Positions 16,371 through 25,741 are shown, counted from the stretch's first letter. The stretch is 47,967 bases of DNA from Dehalococcoidales bacterium (GCA_028706655.1 JAQTVW010000001.1:1-47967); one strand, 5' to 3'. The notes: generated from the sequence alone by a model not told the origin. Made by a program: numbers and translations.

Positions 16371-17149
16371 GCCGGATAGACGCCGTCTTCATGCAGACCG
16401 GGCACAAAGCCCTGATACCGTATGTGACGCTCGGCTATCCGAGCATTGATGCCACCGTCAAAACGGTGCAGCAGCTCGCGGAAAACGGCGCGGATATTAT
16501 CGAACTGGGTATACCCTTTTCCGATCCGCTCGCTGATGGCGCGACCATCCAGCGTTCCAGCTACCAGGCGCTGCAAAACGGAGTGACCCCGCAGGTCTGT
16601 ATCGAGGTCGCGGCAAAATTACGCAAAAAGACTGCCGTCCCGCTGATGTTCATGACCTATTTCAATCCCGTCCTGAGTTATGGCGCGATGAAATTCTGCC
16701 AGGATGCCGCTGCCGCCGGCATCGACGGACTGATTATCCCGGACCTGCCTCCGGAAGAGGGTCTGGAACTGGAAAACGCCACGCGGCAAAGCGGGATCAG
16801 CCTGGTCTATCTGCTTGCTCCCACCAGCACCGATGCACGCATCCGGCTGGTCTCCCGCAGGTCGCGCGGCTTCATTTATACCGTGTCCGTAATCGGCGTG
16901 ACCGGCGCACGCAAGCAGCTTCCCGCGAACCTGGGGATATTTCTTAAGAGAGTCAAGCGGATTACCCGCCTTCCGGTCTGTGTCGGCTTCGGCATCTCGA
17001 CCGCCGCCCAGGCGAAACAGGTCGCCCGGATGGCGGACGGCGTGATTATCGGCAGCCGCATCATCCAGTTTATGGAAGCAGGCGATGCGCCCGCGCTGGT
17101 GAATTTCATCCGGGAAGTGCGCAGCGTACTGGACAACACCCGCGTTTAA
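16367..17149 (+). CDS. trpA: tryptophan synthase alpha chain
   Basis: 260 aa with the [13 protein letters not shown] motif. Its GTG start overlaps the trpB stop by 4 nt. Confidence 0.9.
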   Translation: MSRIDAVFMQTGHKALIPYVTLGYPSIDATVKTVQQLAENGADIIELGIPFSDPLADGATIQRSSYQALQNGVTPQVCIEVAAKLRKKTAVPLMFMTYFNPVLSYGAMKFCQDAAAAGIDGLIIPDLPPEEGLELENATRQSGISLVYLLAPTSTDARIRLVSRRSRGFIYTVSVIGVTGARKQLPANLGIFLKRVKRITRLPVCVGFGISTAAQAKQVARMADGVIIGSRIIQFMEAGDAPALVNFIREVRSVLDNTRV

Positions 17150-17243
17150 CCGCGTAAATTTCCCCACAAATATTCCTGCTTATTCACCTCAAATTCATCG
17201 CCAGTTCATTTCCGATTGCTAGAATTGATAATGCAAAGTAGCA

Positions 17244-17277
17244 GGTACTAAACTTTTAGTACCGGACACGCTATAAT
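17244..17277 (+). promoter_or_regulatory. 20-bp perfect palindrome (9-2-9) abutting a TATAAT -10 upstream of the efflux operon
   Basis: GGTACTAAA-ct-TTTAGTACC lies at 17244-17263, followed by ggacacgc and TATAAT at 17272-17277. No T-run follows, so an operator is more likely than a terminator. Confidence 0.45.
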
Positions 17278-17312
17278 TTAATAGACATTTAGCGCCTGTC
17301 TGAGGGAGAATT

Positions 17313-18962
17313 ATGAAAAAGCCGGTCATTATCGCTATTGTTGCCGTCCTGTTGCTTGCCGTGACTCTGATACCGCTCGGCTGTGCCTCTAAAGCAGGTT
17401 CGGAGGCGACTGCCACGACCCAGACTACCACTGTAAAGCTCGGTAACCTGACTATCGATATCACCGCCAGCGGCAACCTGGCGCTCACCCGCACGGCAGA
17501 CCTCGCTTTTGATATCGCCGGTACTGTGGAGAGTGTCGGGGTGGAAGTCGGTGACAATGTCACTGAGGGGCAGGAACTGGCGAAACTGGACACTACCGCC
17601 TGGGAAACCTCGATAACTAACCTGGAACGGCAGTTGACCGCGGCGCAGCGCAAGGTGACCACGACGCAGCGGGCAGTAACCACTGCGGAGCGCGCGCTGG
17701 TGACGGCGCAGAAGAACGCCGATAACACCGTCGAAGCCAAACACCTCGCTCTCAGCCAGCAGGAAATCACCCTTAAAAATGCCCAGATTGCGTTGGAAAA
17801 CGCTCAAAACACCTACACCGGGCCTACCATTGAAGCCGCCCAGGCGGCAGTCGACCGTGCCAAGGCTTATCTGCAATATGCCCTCGATGGGCGGGTCAAC
17901 TCAACCGGCAGTGCGACAACGATGTGGGACAGCGTAGTTTCACGCGCTCAAGCCGACCTCAATTCGGCGCAGGCGACGCTCGACCAGCGGCTCACCGGCG
18001 GCGACCCTGACGATATCGCGATTAAAAAGAAGCAACTGGAGATAGCTCAGAAAAACTATCAGGATGCCGTGGATGCCGTGCCCCAGGCGGTCGAAGATGG
18101 TAAAATCGCTGTTGAGAATGCGAAGATTGTGGTGGAAGATGCCAAGATTGCCGTGGAAGATGCCCAGACCGCATTAAAAGATGCTCAGAAGGCGCTGGAT
18201 GAAGGGAAGAAGGGGAACCCCGTTATCAAGGCGCCTTTTACCGGATTTGTGACTGCCGTAAACGTCAAGGGTGGCGATGAGGTGCTCAAAGGCAAGGTTG
18301 CCGTGCAGGTTGCCGACCCGAACCGTTTCGAGGCGAATATCATGGTGAATGAAATGGATATCCTGCAGGTCAAAACGGGCGGCATGGCATTTGTCCAGCC
18401 TACCGCGATGTCATCTGTGACCCTGCCGGCAACCGTGACCAAAATTTCCCCGACCGCCACAATTTCTCAGGGTGTGGTCAACTACCAGGTGACGGTGGAA
18501 GTGAAACCATTATCCGCCGCGACCGCCGGTCAGCTGCCTTCGGGACAGACTCCCACCGGGCAGCCGCGCACCGGACAATCCGGGACGGGTCAAAGTTCAA
18601 ACCGCACAACTACCGGTCAGGCGGTACGACCGCAGGCATCCGGCATCGCCACCGATTTTCAATTGCGGCAGGGTCTCACGGTAACCGTCAGTATACTGGT
18701 GCAGCAAAAGCAAGGGGTATTGCTGGTGCCCAACCAGACCATCACTAGACAGGGGCAGAACACCTATGTGCAGGTCATGGAAAACGGTGCGCCCGTCCAG
18801 CGGATGGTCAAGACCGGCATGAGCAACTGGCAGAGTACTGAAATCACCGAAGGACTGACTGAAGGCGAAACGGTAATCATACCCAGGTCCACCGGCACCT
18901 CATCGACCAGCTCCCAGGGCAACCAGATGAGAGCGCCGGTGTTTATCCCCGGAGTCCGCTAG
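17313..18962 (+). CDS. HlyD/MacA-family periplasmic adaptor lipoprotein with long coiled coil
   Basis: Lipobox LIPLGC. It has a biotinyl-lipoyl-like hairpin flanking an extended heptad-rich coiled coil, and a C-terminal beta-barrel/MP domain. A low-complexity xTGQ insert (nt 18528-18620) interrupts the C-terminal part. Confidence 0.85.
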   Translation: MKKPVIIAIVAVLLLAVTLIPLGCASKAGSEATATTQTTTVKLGNLTIDITASGNLALTRTADLAFDIAGTVESVGVEVGDNVTEGQELAKLDTTAWETSITNLERQLTAAQRKVTTTQRAVTTAERALVTAQKNADNTVEAKHLALSQQEITLKNAQIALENAQNTYTGPTIEAAQAAVDRAKAYLQYALDGRVNSTGSATTMWDSVVSRAQADLNSAQATLDQRLTGGDPDDIAIKKKQLEIAQKNYQDAVDAVPQAVEDGKIAVENAKIVVEDAKIAVEDAQTALKDAQKALDEGKKGNPVIKAPFTGFVTAVNVKGGDEVLKGKVAVQVADPNRFEANIMVNEMDILQVKTGGMAFVQPTAMSSVTLPATVTKISPTATISQGVVNYQVTVEVKPLSAATAGQLPSGQTPTGQPRTGQSGTGQSSNRTTTGQAVRPQASGIATDFQLRQGLTVTVSILVQQKQGVLLVPNQTITRQGQNTYVQVMENGAPVQRMVKTGMSNWQSTEITEGLTEGETVIIPRSTGTSSTSSQGNQMRAPVFIPGVR

Positions 18963-18963
18963 G

Positions 18964-19632
18964 ATGATTCAGTTAGAGGATATCACCAAAAGCTATGCCA
19001 TCGGGAAGCGGGAGCTTACCGTTCTGCGCGGCGTTAACCTGAATATTGCAAAGGGCGAGATGGTTGCCATCATGGGCCCATCCGGCTCCGGCAAATCGAC
19101 GCTGCTCAACCTGCTGGGCTGCCTCGACCGTCCCACGACGGGCAGCTACTTGCTGGATGGTAAAGACGTCAGCCGGCTGAACAGTGGCGACCTTGCCGAT
19201 ATCCGCGGTCAGAAAATCGGATTCGTGTTTCAGCAATTCAATTTACTGCCGAGGCTCTCCGCCATGGCGAATGTATCGCTGGGCATGAGGTATTCCGGCG
19301 GCAGTGATTCCCGCAAGGCGCTGGAAGCGCTCACCCGCGTGGGGCTGTCCGACCGCGCGTCCCACCGTCCCACCGAGCTCTCCGGCGGCGAACAGCAGCG
19401 GGTCGCCATCGCGCGGGCGATTGTGAAACAGCCGCCCATTATCCTTGCCGATGAACCCACCGGTAACCTGGATAGCCGCTCCGGCGATGAAATAATCTCC
19501 ATTCTCACTAAATTGCACGCCGAGCGCGGTATTACTCTCGTGATGATAACCCACGACCCGGACGTCGCCCATCACTGCCAGCGCATCATCCACATCAGGG
19601 ACGGGCAGATTGCCAGCGAGGAAAAACTATGA
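18964..19632 (+). CDS. ABC transporter ATP-binding protein (MacB-type ATPase)
   Basis: Walker A GPSGSGKST, signature LSGGEQQR and Walker B ILADEPTGNLD. Confidence 0.92.
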   Translation: MIQLEDITKSYAIGKRELTVLRGVNLNIAKGEMVAIMGPSGSGKSTLLNLLGCLDRPTTGSYLLDGKDVSRLNSGDLADIRGQKIGFVFQQFNLLPRLSAMANVSLGMRYSGGSDSRKALEALTRVGLSDRASHRPTELSGGEQQRVAIARAIVKQPPIILADEPTGNLDSRSGDEIISILTKLHAERGITLVMITHDPDVAHHCQRIIHIRDGQIASEEKL

Positions 19633-20864
19633 AGAAATGGTTTGAACCGATAGCCAGCGCCTGGGTCGGCGTGATTACGCATAAATTGCGCAGCTTCCTG
19701 ACTATCCTGGGTATTGTCATCGGCGTCGGCGCGGTCATCGCGCTGATGTCCATCGGCCGCGGCGCGCAGGCGGATATCCTTTCCCGGATTCAGACCCTCG
19801 GCGCGAACCTGGTCACTATCAGCCCGGGGGCGCTCAATTTCGGCGGAGTCCGCAGCGCCAGCGGCAGCGCCAGTACTCTCACCCTCGAAGATGCCGCCGC
19901 TATCTGGGAACAGGTGCCCGGTCTTTCTGCTATGGCGCCTACTTATTCCACCTCTCAACAACTGATTTTCGGCAGCGCCAATACACGTTCCCAGATTACC
20001 GGGACTTCTCCCGAATACCAGCAGGTCTATAGCCTGCAAATCAGTGAAGGCGCTTTCTTTTCCGATTATGATTACCAGTCCAGCGCCCGTGTCGCGGTAT
20101 TGGGTGCTAACGTAAGTGAGACTCTGTTCGGCACGACTACGAATCCCATTGGACAGACTATCCGCGTCGGCAGTAATGTGGTGCGGGTTATCGGCGTATT
20201 AGCGGAAAAAGGAGCGGGCATGGGTTCTCCGGATGACGCAGTTTACATTCCTCTGACCGCATCCCAGCAGATGTATGCCCAGCCGCGTACCAGCCAGGGC
20301 GGTCACGTGGTATCCGGTATTTCTCTCACTGTTGCTGATCAGAGCAGTTCCACCGTGATTGTTGAGGAAATTACCAGTCTGCTGCGTTACCGCCATCAAC
20401 TAAGCGCGGCGACGGAGAATGATTTTCGTATTACATCCATTGAAGATATTATCAAGACGATGACCGAAACGATGGGCACGATGACCTTACTGCTCGGTGC
20501 TATCGCCGCGATTTCCCTGCTGGTCGGCGGCATCGGCGTGATGAACATCATGCTGGTTTCCGTGCTGGAGCGCACCCGCGAAATCGGCATCCGCAAGGCG
20601 CTGGGGGCGCACGAGCGGGATATCTGGAGCCAGTTCCTCATTGAAGCGGCTTTCCTGACCTTTGCCGGGGGCATTGTCGGGGTACTGGTGGGTTGGGGGG
20701 CGTCTGCCATTGTGGGCAACATGGGCGTGGTCAAGACGCTGGTCTCGGCGGATATCGTGCTGCTGGCAGTCTCGGTTTCGGTGGGCATCGGGCTTTTCTT
20801 CGGCTTTTATCCGGCGTGGAGCGCTTCGCGTCTCGACCCGATTGAAGCGCTGCGTTCGGAATAG
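19629..20864 (+). CDS. ABC transporter permease, MacB/FtsX family
   Basis: 411 aa with a MacB-PCD-like periplasmic domain between TM1 and TM2 and a C-terminal FtsX bundle (ERTREIGIRKALGA). It overlaps the ATPase gene by 4 nt. Confidence 0.9.
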   Translation: MKKWFEPIASAWVGVITHKLRSFLTILGIVIGVGAVIALMSIGRGAQADILSRIQTLGANLVTISPGALNFGGVRSASGSASTLTLEDAAAIWEQVPGLSAMAPTYSTSQQLIFGSANTRSQITGTSPEYQQVYSLQISEGAFFSDYDYQSSARVAVLGANVSETLFGTTTNPIGQTIRVGSNVVRVIGVLAEKGAGMGSPDDAVYIPLTASQQMYAQPRTSQGGHVVSGISLTVADQSSSTVIVEEITSLLRYRHQLSAATENDFRITSIEDIIKTMTETMGTMTLLLGAIAAISLLVGGIGVMNIMLVSVLERTREIGIRKALGAHERDIWSQFLIEAAFLTFAGGIVGVLVGWGASAIVGNMGVVKTLVSADIVLLAVSVSVGIGLFFGFYPAWSASRLDPIEALRSE

Positions 20865-20890
20865 CGCCGGTTCACTTTAGATACAACGAG

Positions 20891-20912
20891 CCGCTCGTGG
20901 TGAGCTTGTCGA
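20891..20912. repeat. partial copy of REP-like family 1
   Basis: The sequence ccgctcgtggtgagcttgtcga lies between convergent genes. Confidence 0.6.
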
Positions 20913-20915
20913 TTG

Positions 20916-21683
20916 TCAGTCTTTGCGCGCCAGAATTGCCATGAAGAGGGGAAACTCCTGGCGGGCGCGGTTCTCCATTTTTGCCGCCTCGCCGACGCTG
21001 TGCTTATCGGAAATCCATTCCTCCAGCTTTTCAATGACGAAGCCGTTTTCCAGAAGCAGGCGGCTGTATTCAGCAAGCGGCAGGTGATAGGATAATGTCG
21101 TCGCCGATTTTACGCCGCGACCCGGGTGTGCGGTGATGGGAATGGTCAGGGGAGACAGGTAGCTGTTGATGCGGCGGTATTCGATTTTGTTCTGCCGGTC
21201 GATTTCCCATTTGGTTTGCCGGGGAATCCGGAAATAGGGATGGTTCAGCACAATAAGAAATCGTCCCTTCCTTCGGAGATGAATGCCGGCATTCTTAAAA
21301 ACGCCGCCGGCGTCCTGGATGTTCTGCAGCGCCAGGATGAGAGCGGCATGGCTGAAATCCCTCTTGATGAGCGGCATCGGGCGGCTGACGTCCGCCACCA
21401 TGTAGATATGGTTGCGCGCCTTGTCCAGTTGTTTCGCATGCCGGATGAGCGCCGGCGAAGCATCTACTCCGGTATAGTATACTTCTTCAGCCAGCAGCCG
21501 GGCGAGGACGCCCTGTCCGCAGGCCATGTCCAGCAGCGAAGAGTCTTCCTTCAAGTCCAGCAGTCGCAGGCTCTGCGGAAGTATCACGTGCTGGTGGTAG
21601 TAGTGACCTTCCAAACCCACCGCACGGCTGTACCAATCGCTGACATTCTGCCAGGAAGTTGCAGACTCCGGTTTTTTCTTCAC
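20916..21683 (-). CDS. class I SAM-dependent methyltransferase
   Basis: Motif I context LLDMACGQGVLA, followed by YTGVDAS. Confidence 0.75.
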   Translation of the reverse strand: MKKKPESATSWQNVSDWYSRAVGLEGHYYHQHVILPQSLRLLDLKEDSSLLDMACGQGVLARLLAEEVYYTGVDASPALIRHAKQLDKARNHIYMVADVSRPMPLIKRDFSHAALILALQNIQDAGGVFKNAGIHLRRKGRFLIVLNHPYFRIPRQTKWEIDRQNKIEYRRINSYLSPLTIPITAHPGRGVKSATTLSYHLPLAEYSRLLLENGFVIEKLEEWISDKHSVGEAAKMENRARQEFPLFMAILARKD

Positions 21684-21733
21684 AGCTAACTTTCATTCTA
21701 AGCCAGGGCGGTTGGTTTTACAAGGCAGTTATA

Positions 21734-21761
21734 TTGACAAGCCTGGTTTGTCAGGTATACT
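21734..21761 (+). promoter_or_regulatory. sigma-70-like promoter of the zinc-ribbon/OB-fold gene
   Basis: TTGACA (21734-21739), a 16-nt spacer and TATACT (21756-21761). A GGTGGAGG SD lies before the ATG. Confidence 0.55.
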
Positions 21762-21777
21762 TTAAAGGTGGAGGTGC

Positions 21778-22704
21778 ATGATGCAAAGATGCCCTAACTG
21801 TGATAGACCGACCGCCCGCACTATCGATTGGGCTTGCCAATGGTGCGGTTACCCCCTTTTGCACGGTAACTACCAGAAATTAACCAAGACATTTAAACAA
21901 TTACAGGAAGAAAGAAAAATCCCGGAGCATCAAGCTGTTCCGGAAGAAGAAGCGGAAGTCGAAGCCGAATTCGACCCCGGGGCGGAATACCGGATGAAAC
22001 CGCCGCCCAAGCCGGAACTCAGAATAAAACCGATAGAGAAGGCACCGCCGGTAGCCAGGCGCCCCGAGCCTGAACCGGTCGCGAGACCAAATCCGGTCAT
22101 GGCGGAAGCCCCTGTAGTAAAAGCAGAGCCGCCTCCGCCACCGGAGGAAATCGCCGAACCGGAACCGGTCAGACCGATGGTGAAACCGCAATTGATGGCG
22201 GAAGCGCAGCTTATCCCGGAAATCCCGGTCAAAGCGCCTAAACCGGAGCTTATGCCGGAAGCCGGTCCCGTCCCTGACGCCGGGAGCGAGCCAAAGAATG
22301 ATGTTGTTGCCGCGCCTTCGACACCACCGCCTCTTGCACCGGAACCTGCGCCACAGATAGACATCAAGGCACTTCTGGAGAAAGATACTTTTACCACCGA
22401 AGAGCTCGACCTGCTGTATCAGGCGGACCAGGAAGCTGCCGAAGCTAAGTTCGAGGGAAAAACACTTATCATTTCCGGAGCCGTCGACCGGGCGTTCAGC
22501 AATGACAGCCTCGGTATCTACTACCTGGTGATGGGCAATATGCAACGGAACGGCATCTGGAATGTGCGTTGCACCTTTGAACCGAGCTACAGCAGCGAGT
22601 TGAAGAAATTACAGCCGGGACAGATGGTGACTGTCCGGGGGAAATACGGCGGACACGGCAAGAACATCATCCTCAAAGAATGCATCATGTCCCCCGTCGC
22701 GTAG
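21778..22704 (+). CDS. hypothetical protein: N-terminal zinc ribbon, about 150-aa Pro/Glu-rich linker, C-terminal OB-fold (tRNA_anti-like)
   Basis: The N-terminus has CPNCDRP...CQWCGYP. A TonB-like P-E-P/K-P-E linker follows. The C-terminus FEGKTLIISGAVDR...VRCTF...GQMVTVRGKY follows the tRNA_anti-like OB pattern. Confidence 0.6.
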   Translation: MMQRCPNCDRPTARTIDWACQWCGYPLLHGNYQKLTKTFKQLQEERKIPEHQAVPEEEAEVEAEFDPGAEYRMKPPPKPELRIKPIEKAPPVARRPEPEPVARPNPVMAEAPVVKAEPPPPPEEIAEPEPVRPMVKPQLMAEAQLIPEIPVKAPKPELMPEAGPVPDAGSEPKNDVVAAPSTPPPLAPEPAPQIDIKALLEKDTFTTEELDLLYQADQEAAEAKFEGKTLIISGAVDRAFSNDSLGIYYLVMGNMQRNGIWNVRCTFEPSYSSELKKLQPGQMVTVRGKYGGHGKNIILKECIMSPVA

Positions 22705-22724
22705 CGGGGAAGTTGATCCAGGCG

Positions 22725-22799
22725 CATTCTGAGGAGTGGAATGACGAAGAATCCGTGCCTGTCACGAATAAGCCGGATTCTTTGCTTGCTCTCAGAATG
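22725..22799. repeat. 75-nt imperfect palindromic REP-like element (family 2)
   Basis: cattctgagg...gaagaatccg pairs with cggattcttt...ctcagaatg. It lies between convergent genes. Confidence 0.65.
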
Positions 22800-22845
22800 A
22801 CAGCAATAAAATACTGTTGATACGAAGTCTGTCGCGGAGTTGAGG

Positions 22846-23424
22846 TCAGCCCTTTTTTACGGCAGGCAAGCCGGCATAAATATCGAGAAACTGGTTCAGG
22901 ATACGGGCAGTAGCGCCCCAGATGACCTTGCCGTGATAATCGTAAAAATACGATGTCACCTTTTTACCGTTGAAGATGCGGTTCACTTCCCGCATATGGT
23001 GCCGGTCCATCAGGTGGTCCAGCGGGGTTTCGATAAGTTCCTCGGTCTCAAATTCGTTCAGCTTGAAATTGTATGAAGATGGAATAAAACCGACGAACGG
23101 CGAAATAACGAAGTTCGTTGTGGCGCTGTTAAAATCGTCCAGCTCCCCCAGCACCTCAACATCCTCTTCCTTCAGCCCGATTTCTTCGTGGGCTTCCCGC
23201 AGTGCCGTGTTCCGGAGCGAGTTATCGGCAGCTTCATAAGTGCCGCCCGGGAAACTAATCTGTCCCTTGTGAGTCCTTACCCTTTGGGTGCGCTTGGTAA
23301 ACAGAATATGGATTCTGCCGTCTTTACAATAGAGAGGCAACAATACCGCGGCGGGAATCCGTTTAACATCCATGATGCGCGACTTTTGCCGCTGAGCGAG
23401 GACTTTCTGTAGTTGCTGCTTCAT
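22846..23424 (-). CDS. NUDIX hydrolase, CoA pyrophosphatase type
   Basis: Nudix box GGTYEAADNSLRNTALREAHEEIGL. It is preceded by the CoA-pyrophosphatase-type signature LFTKRTQRVRTHKGQISFPGG. Confidence 0.8.
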   Translation of the reverse strand: MKQQLQKVLAQRQKSRIMDVKRIPAAVLLPLYCKDGRIHILFTKRTQRVRTHKGQISFPGGTYEAADNSLRNTALREAHEEIGLKEEDVEVLGELDDFNSATTNFVISPFVGFIPSSYNFKLNEFETEELIETPLDHLMDRHHMREVNRIFNGKKVTSYFYDYHGKVIWGATARILNQFLDIYAGLPAVKKG

Positions 23425-23554
23425 GCTATTTCTATTCTAATACTTGAGAGTGACTAAGACAAATTTTAAAGCGGAAGTGATGTTGACATAACATTATGCC
23501 GTTTGACTTTTAGTGCCTGAACACGTTAGGCTTTAACTGGCGGTATCTCAAAAA

Positions 23555-24451
23555 ATGAACGTATATGACCGGGCGGCAAATGAATCTCAAATCCGTGAGT
23601 TTTCCCGGATTAGGTATTTGTGGAATTATGTTGAAGTCCTGAAGCCGCTTCCCAGTCTGCTGCTTGCCTTCATCGGGGCGGGAGCGGCGATAATCGCTGG
23701 TGACGGGGTAATCTCCCCGCGGCTTCTGCTCATTACGGCAACCATCTTCATCGCCGCCGGCGCGGCAAACGGTCTCACCAACTACCTCGACCGCGAGCTT
23801 GACGCCCGCATGGCACGCACCAGGAACCGCGTGCTGCCGTCACGGCGCATCTACCCGGCGCAGAAGGTGCTGCCCTGGTTAATCAGCCTGATAATCGCCG
23901 GACTGGCGCTTGCCTTGTACCTGCATCCATTTGCTTTATTCGCCGATTTGTTCGGCACGCTTACCGCAGCGACCTGGCGCAAAAAAGTAACCTGTGTTTA
24001 TCCGCAGGGAGTTATCGCCAGCTGCGCGCCGGTCCTGATAGGCTGGTTTGCCGTGCGACCGGTATTCAACCCGGAAATCCTGCTGCTCTGCGCCCTGATT
24101 GCCGTCTGGCTGCCGCTGCATGTCTGGAGCGTGGTCATCGCGCACCAGGAAGACTACCGGCAGGCGGGACTGAACTATTTCCCCATCAATTACCCGGTGA
24201 AAAAATCGGTGAGGGTGCTGATGGTGTTTTCACTGGTGCTGTTCGTGATTTCCCTCAGCCTGTTTTACACCGGCAGTTTCGGATGGTTGTACCTGGTAGC
24301 GGCAGTTTTATTAGGGATATCGCTGGTCTTCGCCTGCTTGCGCCTCGTGACGACCGGCGCGGCAAAAGATGCCTGGAAGCTGTACAAACTATCCACCTTC
24401 CCGTACCTCGGCATTATCTTCCTGGTAATGTGCCTGGACATCTGGCTTTAG
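23555..24451 (+). CDS. UbiA-family prenyltransferase (heme O synthase CtaB/CyoE-like)
   Basis: 298 aa with about 8-9 TM helices. The first Asp-rich motif NYLDRELDARMARTRNRVLP resembles the CtaB N..DR..D..M.RT.NRP motif. Confidence 0.6.
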   Translation: MNVYDRAANESQIREFSRIRYLWNYVEVLKPLPSLLLAFIGAGAAIIAGDGVISPRLLLITATIFIAAGAANGLTNYLDRELDARMARTRNRVLPSRRIYPAQKVLPWLISLIIAGLALALYLHPFALFADLFGTLTAATWRKKVTCVYPQGVIASCAPVLIGWFAVRPVFNPEILLLCALIAVWLPLHVWSVVIAHQEDYRQAGLNYFPINYPVKKSVRVLMVFSLVLFVISLSLFYTGSFGWLYLVAAVLLGISLVFACLRLVTTGAAKDAWKLYKLSTFPYLGIIFLVMCLDIWL

Positions 24452-24454
24452 ACG

Positions 24455-25615
24455 ATGAGCTTCACTCTGCTGAAGTCCGACCTGCCCGGCGGCGCGCGTG
24501 CCGGAGAACTGATTACACCTCACGGCACAGTGCTCACGCCGGTCTTCATGCCGGTGGGCAGCCAGGCGACGGTCAAAACTCTGACTCCCGACGACATTCA
24601 TGCTATCGGCGCGAAGATGATTCTGGCGAATACTTATCATCTCTATCTGCGGCCCGGCATCGAAACCGTTGAAAAACTGGGCGGATTACACCGATTTATG
24701 GGCTGGGACGGCGCTATATTAACCGATAGCGGCGGCTACCAGGTCTTCAGCCTTTCGCCGCTGCGTCGCATCACCTACGAAGGGGTGACCTTCCGTTCCC
24801 ATATCGATGGCAGCGAGCATTTCCTTTCGCCGGAACTGGCCATCAAATACCAGGAGTCGCTGGGCGCGGATGTCATCATGGTTCTGGACGAGTGCCCGCC
24901 GCATGACGAGAGCGAAACGGTCATACGTGATGCGATGGCACGGACGCACCGCTGGGCGGAACGGTGCCGCAAGGTGCACCGCCATGAAGGGCAGGCGCTC
25001 TACGCCATCGTGCAGGGCGGAGTCTTTCCCGAATTGAGAAAACAATCGGCGGAATACCTGACCTCTCTGGACTTTGAAGGCTACGCCATCGGCGGTCTGA
25101 GCATCGGCGAACCGAAGTCGGACACCATGGCGGTACTGGACACGACCCTGCCGCTGCTGCCGGTAAACAAGCCGCGCTACCTGATGGGTGTCGGCTCTCC
25201 GGAAGACATCGTGGAAGGCGTGGCACGCGGTGTTGATATGTTCGATTGCGCTTTGCCCACACGTACCGCCCGCAACGGGGCGCTGCTGACCTGGGCAGGA
25301 CGGCGCAATATAGATAATGCGATTTTCAGTGAGATGTCAGCCCCGGTGATGCCTGGCTGCGCCTGTTACACCTGCCGCAACTTTTCCGCGGCTTATCTGC
25401 ATCACCTGTTCAAGGCGAAAGAACTGCTGGCTTACCGCCTGGCGACCCTCCATAACCTGAGCTTCATGCAGACCCTGATGGAGCGCATCCGGGCGGCGAT
25501 TCTGGACGGCGCGTTCGGAGAATTTCGCAGGGAGTTTCACGCTAAATACCAGCCTACCAACGAAGCGGTGAGGGTGACTCAGAAACAGAAGTGGCTCAAG
25601 GCAAAAAGAGGATAA
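24455..25615 (+). CDS. tgt: tRNA-guanine(34) transglycosylase (queuine tRNA-ribosyltransferase)
   Basis: It has TPVFMPVG, TDSGGYQ, LSIGEP and the zinc site CxCxxC...H (CACYTCRNFSAAYLHH). Confidence 0.93.
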   Translation: MSFTLLKSDLPGGARAGELITPHGTVLTPVFMPVGSQATVKTLTPDDIHAIGAKMILANTYHLYLRPGIETVEKLGGLHRFMGWDGAILTDSGGYQVFSLSPLRRITYEGVTFRSHIDGSEHFLSPELAIKYQESLGADVIMVLDECPPHDESETVIRDAMARTHRWAERCRKVHRHEGQALYAIVQGGVFPELRKQSAEYLTSLDFEGYAIGGLSIGEPKSDTMAVLDTTLPLLPVNKPRYLMGVGSPEDIVEGVARGVDMFDCALPTRTARNGALLTWAGRRNIDNAIFSEMSAPVMPGCACYTCRNFSAAYLHHLFKAKELLAYRLATLHNLSFMQTLMERIRAAILDGAFGEFRREFHAKYQPTNEAVRVTQKQKWLKAKRG

Positions 25616-25650
25616 ATTTCTGTTCACCCAGAGCCGTTAATGATGAGAGA

Positions 25651-25733
25651 AGTTCGCTTAAGGTTCGACAAGCTCGCCACGAGCGGAATCCGAGGGATTA
25701 AAATAACGCCGCTCACCCTGAGACTGTCGAATG
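25651..25733. repeat. inverted pair of REP-like family 1 copies
   Basis: 25651-25686 is the reverse complement of ccgctcgtggcgagcttgtcgaaccttaagcgaact. 25707-25733 is a diverged forward copy, ccgctcaccctgagactgtcgaatga. The pair lies between convergent tgt and cutA. Confidence 0.65.
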
Positions 25734-25741
25734 ATGAAAGT

